A stretch of DNA of 64,000 nucleotides from contig CBDCXR010000004.1 in NCBI GenBank assembly GCA_965223845.1, positions 7,232,001 to 7,296,000 of the forward strand, in the 5' to 3' direction. The notes under the pieces were generated by a model that was not told the origin of the DNA, did no database searches, and saw nothing but the letters and a program-made list of their open reading frames with translations. Each line of letters opens with the position of its first letter. Positions within the stretch are counted from its first letter, which is position 1. The DNA comes from Planctomycetota bacterium (lineage in GTDB: Bacteria; Planctomycetota; UBA8108; SXIK01). The translations under genes and the position numbers were made by a program. This document shows positions 10,245 through 21,590 of this stretch, piece by piece.

Positions 10245-11993
10245 CTACCATCCCGCCGCGCCCCCGCCTCCGCGGCGTCGGTCGACGCCGGCGGTGAGCT
10301 CACGGCGTCCGTCCGGAGTGACGTCGACGAGAATCGCCATCGCCGAACCCTGCGGCGAACCGGTGGGGCGGACGTCGACGCGGTGATCGAGAGCGCGCAG
10401 TGCGCGCAGCGTATCGGGGGAGAACGCACCGCGTTCGGCGAGTATGCGATCCGGTAGCCACTGGTGATGGAAGCGCGCGGCGTCGACGGCTTCCTGGATA
10501 CCGAGTTCGCCGTCGATGACTCCGAGGATGATGAGGAGCACGGTGTTGATGATCGTCCGGCCGCCCGGCGATCCGACGACGAGGCGGACTCGCCCGTCCC
10601 GGAGAACGATCGTCGGGCTCATGCTCGACAGCATCCGCTTCCCCGGCGCGACGAGATTGGCGTCCGTGCCTATGCGGCCGGCCGAGTTCGTGTCTCCGCG
10701 AACGGGGTTGAAGTCGCCCATCTCGTTGTTGAGGAGGAATCCCGCGCCCTCGACGACGATGCCTGAGCCGTAGGAGTATTCCAGAGTCGTCGTCAGCGAG
10801 GCGGCCATTCCGTGGCGATCGACGACCGAGAGGTGCGTCGTCTCGTCGCTTTCGCGCGGCCACTCGAAGGAGTCGGGCGAGGAGACGGAGGCGCGAGAGG
10901 GTGAGATCGATCCTCGAAGCCTCGCGGCGTGCTCGGCGCTCGTCAGCCGCGCGATGTCGACATCGACAAAATCCGGATCGCCGATATGTCGGGCTCGCTC
11001 GGCGAATGCGCGGCGCATCGCTTCGGCGATGCGGTGGACGCCGTCGCTGCCGCGAATGCCGATTTCGCCGAGAGGATATCCCTCGAGGATCTGAAGCATT
11101 TGGATGACGGCGATGCCCCCCGAGCTCGGCGGCCCCATTCCGATGACGCGGTGTCCGCGGTAGCGGCCTTCGACCGGCTTTCGCTCGAGGGCGCGATAGC
11201 TTTCGAGATCGGCGAGCGAGATGAGTCCACCGCGCCGCTCCATCTCGCGTGCGATGAGCCGTGCGGTCTCGCCGCGGTAGAAGCCGCCGGGCCCCTGGTC
11301 CCGAATTCGAGTGAGCGTCGCGGCGAGATCGGGTTGACGGAGCCGGTCGCCCGCCGCGTACGGCGCGCCGTCCCGACTGAACTGCCGGAGCGAAGCCGCG
11401 TAGGGTCGGAGACGAGGGAGCGCCGCTTCGAGGGATGCGGCGAGTGCCGCTGAGATCTCGAAACCGTCCCGGGCGAGATTCACGGCCGGTTCGACGAGCT
11501 CCGCCCAATCGAGTCGACCGAGCCGCTGATGCGCGAGAAAGAGCCCCGCGACACTTCCCGGCACCCCGACGCTGAACGCACTCCCGTGGTGTCGCCGCGC
11601 ATCGTATTTGCCGTCCGGGGCGAACATTGTCTCCGTCGCGCCGCTCGGGGCGCGTTCGCGGAAGTCGAACGTCGTCGCGCTCCCGTCCGGATTTGCGACG
11701 ACGAGGAAGCCGCCGCCGCCGATATTCCCCGCCGTCGGATGCGTGACCGCGAGAGCGAACGCAGTCGCGACGGCGGCGTCGACGGCGTTTCCGCCGCGCC
11801 GAAGCACGTTCTCGCCGACGCGCGAAGCGATCGCGGATTCACTCGTGACGAGCCCGTGACGGTAGGCCGGCGCGAAGACCGGCGACTGACTCTCGACGGC
11901 AAGCGGCGCGAGAACGAGCGCCGCGATGGCCGCGGTGAGGCGGAAGCGTCCGCGGTCGCGCACGCCGCGGAATGAACGGGGCGATCTCTTCAT
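10245..11993 (-). CDS. ggt: Gamma-glutamyltransferase
   Basis: GGNAVDAAVA, GNIGGGGF, ETTHLSVVD (Thr nucleophile), LNNEMGDF, KRMLSSMSP and GSPGG motifs; signal peptide. Confidence 0.96.
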   Translation of the reverse strand: MKRSPRSFRGVRDRGRFRLTAAIAALVLAPLAVESQSPVFAPAYRHGLVTSESAIASRVGENVLRRGGNAVDAAVATAFALAVTHPTAGNIGGGGFLVVANPDGSATTFDFRERAPSGATETMFAPDGKYDARRHHGSAFSVGVPGSVAGLFLAHQRLGRLDWAELVEPAVNLARDGFEISAALAASLEAALPRLRPYAASLRQFSRDGAPYAAGDRLRQPDLAATLTRIRDQGPGGFYRGETARLIAREMERRGGLISLADLESYRALERKPVEGRYRGHRVIGMGPPSSGGIAVIQMLQILEGYPLGEIGIRGSDGVHRIAEAMRRAFAERARHIGDPDFVDVDIARLTSAEHAARLRGSISPSRASVSSPDSFEWPRESDETTHLSVVDRHGMAASLTTTLEYSYGSGIVVEGAGFLLNNEMGDFNPVRGDTNSAGRIGTDANLVAPGKRMLSSMSPTIVLRDGRVRLVVGSPGGRTIINTVLLIILGVIDGELGIQEAVDAARFHHQWLPDRILAERGAFSPDTLRALRALDHRVDVRPTGSPQGSAMAILVDVTPDGRRELTAGVDRRRGGGGAAGW

Positions 11994-12018
11994 GCGATCT
12001 CTTCCTATGCGACGTCGA

Positions 12019-12312
12019 TCACTCGCAGCGGCACGGAGCGCCGCCGCACTTCGGACAGCCGGAGGCGTACTTCGCGGTCGCCGCCTCCTCGAGATCGACG
12101 CCGGTGAGCGACGCGAGCGTCGAGAGCCACGCGAGCACGTCGGCGAACTCCTCTCGCAGGTTTTCGGGCGGAACTTGATTCGGCCGCGCGATCGCCCGTG
12201 CGAGCTCGCCGAACTCTTCGGCGAACCACATGAACGTCGCCGCGGTGCCGCGTGCGCGGTCGCGTTCGAGGTAGAGCTCCTCGATGCGCTCTTGGAACTC
12301 TCGGATCTGCAT
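12019..12312 (-). CDS. MazG-like nucleotide pyrophosphohydrolase
   Basis: EEFGELA...EEFADV acidic motifs and C-terminal CPKCGGAPCRC; ATG at 12312 preceded by GAGGAG. Confidence 0.85.
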   Translation of the reverse strand: MQIREFQERIEELYLERDRARGTAATFMWFAEEFGELARAIARPNQVPPENLREEFADVLAWLSTLASLTGVDLEEAATAKYASGCPKCGGAPCRCE

Positions 12313-12558
12313 CGGCCGCCACTCCTCGCTCGTTCGGTGGATTCGCCTTCGTAAGGCGATCCATGATGCCCGCGACACCCGGCGCGAGGAAGGGGTTCGT
12401 GGTAGAGAGTTCGAACGGACGACTCGCCCGTCGCGTTCCTGATGCTCGATCCGGAAGCGGACGGCGAATCGCGTTCGATTCGAGAGACTCTCGTCTGCCT
12501 TGTCGATCCCGGGACGGCCGCCGCGCCGATCTAACCCAAGCCGCCCGATGCGATCAGG

Positions 12559-13935
12559 TCACGCGCGTCCGCGCCGAGCGGGCGCCGGTTCGCCGTTCGG
12601 CGAGCCTCGATCCGGCGAGCGACAGACCGTGATCCGCATCTGCAAGTGTTCGATCAAACTCGAGCACTGCGCCATGAAGATCGCGAAGGCCTGATCGCCG
12701 CGGAGGTCTTCATCCGAGAGCTCCCGGAGCGCGCGAAGCTTTACGTCGATCACCTCTCCGAGCAGCGCCTTCAGCTTCTCCGGATCCTCGACGCCGACCT
12801 GCTCGCCCTCGATGCGAACGGTTTCGTCGAGGAAGGTGTCGAGATAGTCCTTCTGGGCCTGAAGGATCCTGGCGCGCTCGCGCTCCTTGAAGTTTCGCCA
12901 GCCGTTCCAGGCGAGGTAAGCGAGCGCGCCGAGCGCGAAGAGCAGCTCCTTGAACGCCGACAGAGTTTCGACGAGGTTCGCGAGCGTACCGAGGCCGGCG
13001 TAGGGATCGTGATACCGCTGCGCAGCTGAATCGAGCGCTACGAGCGTCGACGGGTAAGCTTCGTGTTTCGGAATGAGAACGGGAATCGCGCTCCGGAGCG
13101 GCGATTCGTAGAGGGCGGCGAGGACTTCCTCGACGAGGCGCGGGCTTGCGGCTTCCGAGACGGCGAGGATCGCTGTCGCTGCGACCGTCGGGACATCGTT
13201 CGGCGGAAGCGCCGGCCCTTCGGCGAACACTCCGCGTGGAATCGTCGCCGGAGTAAACGCCGTATTGCGAATGCAGATCGCCTCGGCGTCGAGGATCGGA
13301 AGCAGTTTGTAGTCTCGACTTTTCAGGGTCTTTTGGAGCGTCGAGTTCAGAAGCCCGGTCGTGACGATCGCACCCTCGAAGTCGCCGCTCTCGAGCGCAG
13401 AGAAGTGCTCTGTCGCGAAGGACGCGGTGTCGAGGGCGTAGTGGTCGACGACGACCTTCGAAGTCTGTCGCATTCCCGACTGTTCCGAACCCACCGCGAC
13501 CACGCGGCCGCTCAGGTCGGTGATCTCGTCGATCCCGAAGCCTCGGCGAGCGAGGACGTGGACCGGTTCGAGGTAGAGCGGCGCGATCGCACGGATCTCC
13601 TCGGCGGGGACGGATCCGCTCTGAAGAAGAGCGAGGTGTACCGCGCCGCTCCGGAGCTTCGCGTGATTCTCCACCGAACCGCTCGTCCGCTCGACGCGCA
13701 CGGAGCTCGCCGTCCGGCGCTCGAGCTCGCGCTTCAGGGACTCGGCGACGGAGTCGTAGAGTCCACCCTCGGCGGCTCCGCAGATTACGATCTCGCGGGG
13801 CAGCTCGTCGCGCGAGGAGAACCAGATCACGACCGCGGCCGCGGCGAAGGCGAGGACGATGACGACGGACCAGCGCCGGATCACCACGGAGCGGGGCTTA
13901 GCGATCGGAGGTTCCGTCACGGGGTCCGGTTCCAT
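12559..13935 (-). CDS. TAXI family solute-binding protein with extra C-terminal TM helix and helical tail
   Basis: GGLY, TSGSVEN, LYLEPVHV, DLSGRVVAVGSEQSG and IPRGVF motifs. Confidence 0.8.
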   Translation of the reverse strand: MEPDPVTEPPIAKPRSVVIRRWSVVIVLAFAAAAVVIWFSSRDELPREIVICGAAEGGLYDSVAESLKRELERRTASSVRVERTSGSVENHAKLRSGAVHLALLQSGSVPAEEIRAIAPLYLEPVHVLARRGFGIDEITDLSGRVVAVGSEQSGMRQTSKVVVDHYALDTASFATEHFSALESGDFEGAIVTTGLLNSTLQKTLKSRDYKLLPILDAEAICIRNTAFTPATIPRGVFAEGPALPPNDVPTVAATAILAVSEAASPRLVEEVLAALYESPLRSAIPVLIPKHEAYPSTLVALDSAAQRYHDPYAGLGTLANLVETLSAFKELLFALGALAYLAWNGWRNFKERERARILQAQKDYLDTFLDETVRIEGEQVGVEDPEKLKALLGEVIDVKLRALRELSDEDLRGDQAFAIFMAQCSSLIEHLQMRITVCRSPDRGSPNGEPAPARRGRA

Positions 13936-14202
13936 GGCGAAGATCGAAGCCCCTTTCGGTCGAGTTCACGGTCCGTTCGATGCGAGCGCCGAGGCTTGAC
14001 GCAGCCCGATCTCCTGGTGTGAGATCGGCCCTGGCGTTCGCGGTCAGCGAGACGTCGCGAGAGGCCGATTCATTCAAGATTCACCCGTCCTTCGGCGGAA
14101 ACTACCGTCGGTGTCACCCATCGTGCACCGGTTCCCTATCGAGAACAACCGATCAACTGCACGACCGAACGACGCGGTGGGGCGGTTCATCACTTTCGAA
14201 GA

Positions 14203-17200
14203 ATGCCGATGACCTGGCGAACGCTTCCCTACGTGCTGAATTTGCTTCTCTTCGTCCTTCCCTTTCTCGATCGCGCGCTCGTCGCGCAGGAAACCGAAGA
14301 TCCGGCGCCGACTGCTTCTGAGCTCGCCGAGAAGCTGAAGGCGATCGAGGAAGATCCGGCGCTCGGAGCGGAGCTGAAGACAAACCTCGTCGAAGCGTAC
14401 AAGAAGGCGCTCGAGCACGTGAAGGCGGCGGAGACCTTCGGGAGTCGCGTCGAGGAGCTCGACGCGGCCGTCCGCGCGGCGCCGACACGCCTTGCCGAAA
14501 TCAAGGAGAAGCTCGCGAAGCCGACGACCGAGGTCGAGATCGACGTCCCGGTCGACGCTTCGCTTCAGCAGCTCGAGCAGCTGTTGGCGCAGAAGGAGGC
14601 CGAGTTCAAGGCGGCGCAGGAAGCTCTCTCGGAAGTGATCTCCGAGCAGGAAGAGCGCGTCAAGAAGCGGGGCGCCATCCCGCGCCTACTCACCGCGGCT
14701 CGAGAACGATTGGCGGAGGTGACGACCCAGCTCGGGACGCCGGCCGCCGCGGGCGAAGCTGCCGAGCTCTCCCTGGCGAAGCGCACCGTGCTTCTCGCCC
14801 AGCGGGGCGCACTCGAGCGGGAGATTCTCGCGTACCAAAATGAAGTCCCGAGCTACGACGCCCGGGCCGAGCTCATCCAGCTGCGTCGCTCGGAGGCGGA
14901 GCGAGACTTGGCGGACACCGAGCGCCTCGTGAAATCGTGGCGAGACCTAGTTGTCGAGAGACGGAGGGTCGAGTCGGAGAGCGCTGAACGAACGGCTCGG
15001 GAAGCCGCCGAGGCCGCGCAAAACGAGCATCCGGCGGTCAAGCTTCTCGCCGAAGAGAACTCGCGGCTCGCGGAGGAGCGGGGTCGACTGAACGGCCTTC
15101 GGGCGAAGGCGACGACTCAACTCGACGACGCTCGCGAGCTGCTCCGGAAGACCCGGGAGACGTTTCGCGGTCTCTCCCGAAAGGTCGATGCGTCTCGGTT
15201 CACGAGCACACTCGGAGTCTTGCTTCGAACTCAGCAAAAGAAACTGAGGGACATTCGAGAGCTCGAGGCGAGCATTTCGGAGCGAGCCGACGAAGCCGGG
15301 CGAGTCGAAGTGTGGCTCGTCGACCTAGAAGAACAGCGGAGAGCGACCGTCGACGATCGGGTCCGCGAGCTGTTCGAGCGATCGGAAACTCCTCTCGAGA
15401 GTGCCTCGGACGATCTGAAAACGAGACTCGCCGAGCTCGTCGAAGACTCGCGCCTCAATTACGTGATCCCGCTTGCCGCCGACTACGAGAACTACGCGAA
15501 TAAACTCTCCGACCTCGACACGGAAGAACGAGAGCTCGGGGCGGAGGTTCGGCGGTTCTCGGAATTCATCGCGCGAAGGATCCTCTGGAGTCGAAGCGCG
15601 AGCGCACTCGAGCCCGCCGATGCGAAGAAGTCGCTCCATGCGATCGCCTGGTGTCTCGATCGCGATCACTGGATCGAGCTCGGCGGCGCGATTCGCGAGA
15701 GCTGGTCCGAACGACCGACGCCGTTCATCTTGTTCGCTCTCTCCCTGGTCTTCTCAGCCGTCGTCTACCGCACCCTCGTCAAACGCCTGCGGATGCTCGG
15801 CGAATTGGCGCAGAGGTCGCGTTCGAGCGACCTCTCGCCGACCTTGAAGGCGTTTTTCATCACACTCATCCTCACGCTCCTACTGCCGACTTCGTTCTGG
15901 CTTCTCGGCTGGTGCTGTTCCGTCGCCGGCGAGTCGTCTGCGCTCGGAGCGGCGCTTTCGACCGCTTGTCTTGCGACCGGATCCGTACTGTTTACGATCG
16001 AGATCCTGCGTCACACGACTCGAGATGGCGGTCTTGCGGAGAAGCATTTCCGCTGGAGCGCTCTCACGGTCCACGTGATTCGAAAAAACACCGCGCTCCT
16101 TTCGATCTTTCTCCTCCCGCTTCTCTTCGTCGCCGCACTCCTCGAAGGTCAGAGAGTCGAGGAGCACAAGGAGTCCCTCGGACGACTCGCGTTCGTCGGA
16201 GTTCTCGTCGTGTTTACGTTCTTTCTCGCGCGAGTGCTCAGCCCCGAGCGAGGAGTTTGGCATCACACGATTCGCGTCCGACCGGGGAGCCTCGTCTCAC
16301 GATTCCGCCTCCTCTGGTACGGCGGGGCGATTCTCGCACCGATCGCGCTGATCGTGCTGGCCGTGCTCGGCTACTACTACACGAGCATTCAGCTCGCGTG
16401 GCGTCTCGAGGTCACGCTTTGGCTTCTTCTCTTGCTCGTTCTGCTCCAAGCCTTGCTTCTTCGCTGGCTGCTTCTCGCGAAGAGGAAGCTCGCCATCGAG
16501 CAGGCGCGATCGAAGAGAAAAGCAGAATCTGAGCAGCGCGCAAAAGAGGGCGCCGGCGGAGCGGCGGTCAGCGAGGAGGCGCCGATTCCGCTCGAAGAGC
16601 CGACGGTGGACCTGACCGAAGTGGACGCCCAGACAACGCGGCTCCTCCGCGCGGCGACGCTCGGCGCATTTTTGATCGGACTCTGGGTGGTGTGGGTGGA
16701 TGTGCTGCCGGCGCTCGGCATCTTGAACGATGTCCCGCTCGGCTGGACCAAGTCCGTGAACGTCTACGAGACGGTGCTCGAGGAAAACTCGCTCGGTGAG
16801 GAGACTGCGGTCGAGAGGCTCGTCGCGAAGGAGATCCCGGTGACCGCGGCGCACCTCGGCCTTGCGCTGGTGATCGGTCTCGTCGCGCTTGTCGCCGCGA
16901 GAAACTTGCCGGGCTTCCTTCAGATCGCGCTTCTGCAGAGACTTCCGCTCGACTCCGGCGCACGCTACGCGGTGACGGCCGTGTCGGGGTACACGATCAC
17001 CCTCGTCGGCATCGCGGCGGCGTTCGCCGTGATGGGCGTCGGGTGGTCGAAAGTGCAGTGGCTTGCGGCCGCCCTCACGGTGGGGCTCGGGTTCGGCCTC
17101 CAGGAGATTTTCGCGAACTTCGTCTCCGGTCTGATCATCTTCTTCGAACGGCCCGTGCGTATCGGCGACGTGGTTACCATCGACAACGTCACGGGAACGG

Positions 17201-17703
17201 TGACAAGGATTCAGATTCGTGCGACCACGGTGACCGACTGGGATCGAAAGGAGTTCGTCGTTCCGAATAAGGATTTCATCACCGGGCGGCTTCTCAACTG
17301 GACGCTCTCGAACTCGACGAACCGTGCCCTGATTACGGTCGGGGCGGCGTACGGATCCGACGTCGAGCGAGCGCTCGCGATTCTGAAGCAGGTGGCGCTC
17401 GACAACCCGAACGTGCTCGATGATCCCGAACCGATTTCGACGTTCGAGCAATTCGGAGACAGCACGCTCAATCTCGTCCTCCGGTGTTATCTTCCGAATC
17501 TCGATGTTCGCGTCGCGACGATCAGCGAGCTTCACAAGGCGATCGATCGCGAGTTCCGTGCAGCTGGGATCGAGATCGCGTTTCCCCAGCGTGACATTCA
17601 CATTCGGGGCCCGGAAGGGAGTGCCCGGAATTCGGAGGAGACGCTCAGCTCGGAGTACGCACCAGATTCGGTGAGCGGAGCGGCGAGCCACCGCAAGGCG
17701 TGA
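14203..17703 (+). CDS. MscK/KefA-like mechanosensitive channel (MscS family, long form)
   Basis: Signal peptide, long coiled coil, multi-TM region, VGLGFGLQEIFANFVSGLIIFFERPVRIGD, VPNKDFITGRLLNW and IAFPQRDIH. Confidence 0.93.
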   Translation: MPMTWRTLPYVLNLLLFVLPFLDRALVAQETEDPAPTASELAEKLKAIEEDPALGAELKTNLVEAYKKALEHVKAAETFGSRVEELDAAVRAAPTRLAEIKEKLAKPTTEVEIDVPVDASLQQLEQLLAQKEAEFKAAQEALSEVISEQEERVKKRGAIPRLLTAARERLAEVTTQLGTPAAAGEAAELSLAKRTVLLAQRGALEREILAYQNEVPSYDARAELIQLRRSEAERDLADTERLVKSWRDLVVERRRVESESAERTAREAAEAAQNEHPAVKLLAEENSRLAEERGRLNGLRAKATTQLDDARELLRKTRETFRGLSRKVDASRFTSTLGVLLRTQQKKLRDIRELEASISERADEAGRVEVWLVDLEEQRRATVDDRVRELFERSETPLESASDDLKTRLAELVEDSRLNYVIPLAADYENYANKLSDLDTEERELGAEVRRFSEFIARRILWSRSASALEPADAKKSLHAIAWCLDRDHWIELGGAIRESWSERPTPFILFALSLVFSAVVYRTLVKRLRMLGELAQRSRSSDLSPTLKAFFITLILTLLLPTSFWLLGWCCSVAGESSALGAALSTACLATGSVLFTIEILRHTTRDGGLAEKHFRWSALTVHVIRKNTALLSIFLLPLLFVAALLEGQRVEEHKESLGRLAFVGVLVVFTFFLARVLSPERGVWHHTIRVRPGSLVSRFRLLWYGGAILAPIALIVLAVLGYYYTSIQLAWRLEVTLWLLLLLVLLQALLLRWLLLAKRKLAIEQARSKRKAESEQRAKEGAGGAAVSEEAPIPLEEPTVDLTEVDAQTTRLLRAATLGAFLIGLWVVWVDVLPALGILNDVPLGWTKSVNVYETVLEENSLGEETAVERLVAKEIPVTAAHLGLALVIGLVALVAARNLPGFLQIALLQRLPLDSGARYAVTAVSGYTITLVGIAAAFAVMGVGWSKVQWLAAALTVGLGFGLQEIFANFVSGLIIFFERPVRIGDVVTIDNVTGTVTRIQIRATTVTDWDRKEFVVPNKDFITGRLLNWTLSNSTNRALITVGAAYGSDVERALAILKQVALDNPNVLDDPEPISTFEQFGDSTLNLVLRCYLPNLDVRVATISELHKAIDREFRAAGIEIAFPQRDIHIRGPEGSARNSEETLSSEYAPDSVSGAASHRKA

Positions 17704-17902
17704 ATGGACAAGGAGGGGCGCTGCGCCGACGGGAACTGTGCTCTCCGCACGGTGAGGATCGGGGTGGCGACTCATCCGATGCTCAATTCGCGTCTCGGGG
17801 TGGCGTCGTGGAATCTGGTGAGAAACCCGGTTCCGAGTGGATCGAATGGACGACGAGAGCCGGGCGACCCCGCTCCTCCGACGACCGAAGCGACTGGAGC
17901 GA

Positions 17903-18892
17903 TCAGCCGTCTCTCGGTTCGAACTCCGTCGCGAGGTGAACCACGGCTTCGCCGCGGTGAACGAGCGCCGATTTCGTGAGTCCGATCACGAGTCCGCTCG
18001 CCGGAGCGACGATGGCGACGTTCGTCTCGCCGAACGAGTCGGAGACGACGCCGAGGCGCTGTCCGTCGACGACGCTCTCGCCCTCGCGAACGAGCACGCG
18101 ACACAGGCCACTCGTCCGCGCGCGCACCCACGTCGTTTCGGCGATGCGGAGGCTCGGTGTCTTCGCCTTCCGGAACCCGCGGCGAAGCATGCCCAGGTGT
18201 CCGAGGACGCGAATCGTTCCCTCGACGCCCGTCGACACGGCTCGCCGACTGAATCGCAGCGACTCGCCGGCCTCGTAGACGAGCGTCGTCACCCCTCGAC
18301 TGGCCGCCGCTTCCCTGAGGGTTCCGTGGCGGATGCGAGAGTGAATCATGACCGGAGCGGCGAAGGCCTCGGCGCACGCTCGCGTGGCGGTGTCCTCCAG
18401 ATCGCCGCGAATCTGGGGCAGGTTCGACCGGCCATTCGACCCGGTGTGAAAATCGATTCCGTGAGTCGAACGCGAGACGACCTCCGTCATGAACGTCGAG
18501 GCGATGCGCGCCGCCATCGATCCGCGACGAGAGCCGGGAAACGACCGATTGAGGTCGCGCCGATCGGGAAGGTATCTCGACTGGTTCATGACACCGAAAA
18601 TGTTGACCACCGGCACGGCGATCAGCGTTCCGCGGAGCTTAGTGAGCGGGATCATTTCGAGCACCTCCCGAATGATCTCGATGCCGTTCAGCTCGTCTCC
18701 GTGGATCGCTCCGGAGAGCCAGAGGCACGGTCCTCGGCGCGCACCGTGAAGAACCTCGACTGGAATCGATACGAAGGTTTGCGTGGTCGGGATGCGCGCG
18801 ATGGGGATCTCGACCCGCCGGCGGGTTCCGGGACGCAGAATCTCGGTGCAAAACTGAAACGGAGCCGCGCGCTCAGCCTTTGATTCGGTCAC
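17903..18892 (-). CDS. Succinylglutamate desuccinylase/aspartoacylase (M14) family protein
   Basis: [21 protein letters not shown] and YEAGE motifs; GTG start at 18892 overlapping the rimK end. Confidence 0.9.
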   Translation of the reverse strand: MTESKAERAAPFQFCTEILRPGTRRRVEIPIARIPTTQTFVSIPVEVLHGARRGPCLWLSGAIHGDELNGIEIIREVLEMIPLTKLRGTLIAVPVVNIFGVMNQSRYLPDRRDLNRSFPGSRRGSMAARIASTFMTEVVSRSTHGIDFHTGSNGRSNLPQIRGDLEDTATRACAEAFAAPVMIHSRIRHGTLREAAASRGVTTLVYEAGESLRFSRRAVSTGVEGTIRVLGHLGMLRRGFRKAKTPSLRIAETTWVRARTSGLCRVLVREGESVVDGQRLGVVSDSFGETNVAIVAPASGLVIGLTKSALVHRGEAVVHLATEFEPRDG

Positions 18893-19775
18893 GCGTTTTA
18901 CCCCGGCGGGCGTGTTTCTCGATGAACTCGATGATCTGGCCGGCGACATCCTTTCCGGTCGTCTGCTCGATGCCCTCGAGACCCGGCGACGAGTTCACCT
19001 CCATGACGACGGGGCCGTGATTCGATCGGAGCAGGTCGACGCCGGCGACTCTGAGCCCCATCGCCTTTGCGGAGCGGACGGCCGTGCTCCGCTCTTCCGG
19101 AGTGATCTTGATCTTCTCCGCCGTCCCGCCGCGGTGAAGATTCGAGCGAAACTCGCCCTCGGCACCCTGCCGCTTCATCGCGGCGACGACTTTCTCTCCG
19201 ATCACGAGAGCCCGGATGTCACTTCCGCCCGCCTCCTTGATGAACTCCTGAACGAGGATGTTCGCGTCGAGTCCGCGAAACGCCTCGATGACGGATTCCG
19301 CGGCTTTTTTCGTCTCCGCGAGCACGACACCGATCCCCTGCGTCCCCTCGAGCAGCTTGACGACGAGCGGCGAGCCACCGACGAGATTGATCAAGCCCTC
19401 GACGTCCTTCGTCGAGTGAGCGAAGCCGGTCACGGGAAGACCGATTCCTTTTCGTGCCAGGAGCTGTAGGCACCGGAGCTTGTCCCGCGAGCGCGTGATG
19501 GCCTGCGACTCGTTCACGGGGAAGACATCCATCATCTCGAACTGCCGAACGACCGCCGTCCCGTAGAACGTGTGCGAGGCGCCGATGCGCGGAATGATCG
19601 CGTCGACTTCCAGGCGCTTCCCTTGGTAGAGCACCTTCGGCTGGTGGGACGTGATGTCCATGTAGCACCGAAGGTAGTCGACGACCTGAACCTCGTGGCC
19701 CTTCGCCTCCGCCGCCTCTTTGAGGCGCGACGTGGAATAGAGGGATGCCTTCCGCGACAGAATCGCGATCTTCAT
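18873..19775 (-). CDS. rimK: RimK family alpha-L-glutamate ligase
   Basis: [35 protein letters not shown] and [12 protein letters not shown] motifs. Confidence 0.96.
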   Translation of the reverse strand: MKIAILSRKASLYSTSRLKEAAEAKGHEVQVVDYLRCYMDITSHQPKVLYQGKRLEVDAIIPRIGASHTFYGTAVVRQFEMMDVFPVNESQAITRSRDKLRCLQLLARKGIGLPVTGFAHSTKDVEGLINLVGGSPLVVKLLEGTQGIGVVLAETKKAAESVIEAFRGLDANILVQEFIKEAGGSDIRALVIGEKVVAAMKRQGAEGEFRSNLHRGGTAEKIKITPEERSTAVRSAKAMGLRVAGVDLLRSNHGPVVMEVNSSPGLEGIEQTTGKDVAGQIIEFIEKHARRGKTRDRIKG

Positions 19776-20281
19776 CGTGCCTTCCTCTTGGTTCTCTTCT
19801 TGCTCCCGGACGGAGCCTTCTTCTTTGTCGGATCTCTGCCGGCGAGAAACGAGACGGCGGGATTGATGAGAAAGCGCCGACGCACCGCCTGTCGTCCGAG
19901 GAGCATTCGAAACCCCATTTCATCGCGGCCGACGAGCGTCAATTCGATCGGCCAAAGCTCGCCCGAGAGCGCGACCTCCGTGACGATTACCGGACGGAGG
20001 CTCTGCTTGCCCGAGGAGCTGCGAACGAGGCGCTCGTCGACGAGCTCGGCCTCGGTCTCTACCGTAGTTCGCGTGTCGCCTTGGAAGGGGTGAACCTTGA
20101 AGCGGACCATCCGTATCCGCTTCTTGTCGACGTAGCGAATGTCGAAGGCGTGAAGGGCCGACGATCTCGCGCCGGTGTCGACCTTTGCCTTGATAGCGTC
20201 AATCCCGAGCTCCGGGAGGCGCACCCACTCGCGCCAGCCGATCAGCGGTGTGTTTTCTGGCGTCCGTTTTTTCGGTGGCAC
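19772..20281 (-). CDS. RimK-associated putative ATP-dependent zinc protease (retropepsin-like, RimB-like)
   Basis: [22 protein letters not shown] and [11 protein letters not shown] motifs; probable GTG start at 20281, ATGA overlap with rimK. Confidence 0.88.
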   Translation of the reverse strand: MPPKKRTPENTPLIGWREWVRLPELGIDAIKAKVDTGARSSALHAFDIRYVDKKRIRMVRFKVHPFQGDTRTTVETEAELVDERLVRSSSGKQSLRPVIVTEVALSGELWPIELTLVGRDEMGFRMLLGRQAVRRRFLINPAVSFLAGRDPTKKKAPSGSKKRTKRKAR

Positions 20282-20435
20282 GAGTCGAGGAATCTCTCGC
20301 GATTCGGGTCGGCGAATCCCGACGACGTTCCGGACGGCCGAACCGATCGACCTCGCGCCGACCGGGACCGACACCACGAAAGCGTGCAGCAAAGATCGTC
20401 CCGAAGCAAGATCCTGCGCCGGGACGACAAGCGCC

Positions 20436-21380
20436 TCATTCGACCCCGCGTACCGCCAGCCAGCGCTCCGCATCGAGCGCCGCCATGCAACCCGTGCCAG
20501 CCGCGGTGATGGCTTGTCGGTAGACTTTGTCCGCGACGTCGCCGCACGCGAAGACCCCTTCCTTCGACGTCTCCGTCGTGCCGGGGCGAACGATGATGTA
20601 CCCCGTGTCATCCGTCTCGAGCTGCCCGCTGAGGAAGGACGTGTTCGGTTGGTGGCCGATCGCGTAGAAGAGTCCGCCGATCGGAAGAGTCGACGTCTCG
20701 TCGGTGTTCACGTTTCGGAGGCGTGCTCCTTCGATGACGTTTTCGCCCTCGACGTCTTCGAGCACGGTGTCCCAGATCATTTCGATCTTCGGGTTGTCGA
20801 AGAGACGCTGCTGCATGATCTTGCTGGCGCGGAGCGAGTCTCGGCGATGGATCACGATGACCTTCGAGGCGAATTTCGTGAGAAACGTCGCTTCTTCGAC
20901 GGCCGAGTCACCGCCGCCGATGACCGCGACATCCTTGTTCCGAAAGATCGGGAGTGCGCCGTCGCACACCGCGCACGCGCTCATGCCCTTTCCCCAGAGC
21001 CGCTCTTCGCTCGGGACGTGGAGGCGTTTCGCCGTGGCGCCGGTCGCGATCACGAGCGCGTGCGTCTCGACTTCGCGCTCCGTCGACTTGACCCGAAACG
21101 AATCGCCCGAGAGATCGACTTCGACGACGTCCTCCTGGTGACAGACGGCCCCGAACTCCTTCGCCTGTTCGCGCAGCTTCGCCATCAGATCGGGACCCGA
21201 GATGCCGCCGCCGGGGAATCCCGGGTAGTTCTCGACCTCCGTCGTCGTCATGAGCTGTCCGCCCGGTGCGCCGCCCGATTGAAATCCTTCGAGGACGAGA
21301 GGCTCGAGATTCGCGCGAGCGGCGTAGATGGCAGCGGTGAATCCGGCCGGGCCGGAGCCGACGATCGTGATCTTTTGCAT
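20436..21380 (-). CDS. trxB: Thioredoxin-disulfide reductase
   Basis: GSGPAG, ENYPGF, CAVCDG, GGGDSAVEEA and YRQAITAAGTG motifs. Confidence 0.97.
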   Translation of the reverse strand: MQKITIVGSGPAGFTAAIYAARANLEPLVLEGFQSGGAPGGQLMTTTEVENYPGFPGGGISGPDLMAKLREQAKEFGAVCHQEDVVEVDLSGDSFRVKSTEREVETHALVIATGATAKRLHVPSEERLWGKGMSACAVCDGALPIFRNKDVAVIGGGDSAVEEATFLTKFASKVIVIHRRDSLRASKIMQQRLFDNPKIEMIWDTVLEDVEGENVIEGARLRNVNTDETSTLPIGGLFYAIGHQPNTSFLSGQLETDDTGYIIVRPGTTETSKEGVFACGDVADKVYRQAITAAGTGCMAALDAERWLAVRGVE

Positions 21381-21590
21381 GATTCCTTCTCGGTGAATGG
21401 ATGCTGCCTTGTGCTCTTCCAGTGGCCCAGGCGTCGCCTGAGCGCGCTCGGGAGATCGGTGCGGCGGTTCGGTGCTCGTGCCGAAGATTTACACGAAGGG
21501 ATTCGGAAGGCCACGAAGGGAACCCCGCGCTCGAGATTCTGACACAAAAGGAGCGCAGGTGCGATCCGTGTGTCTCTCTGCTGCGACGCG

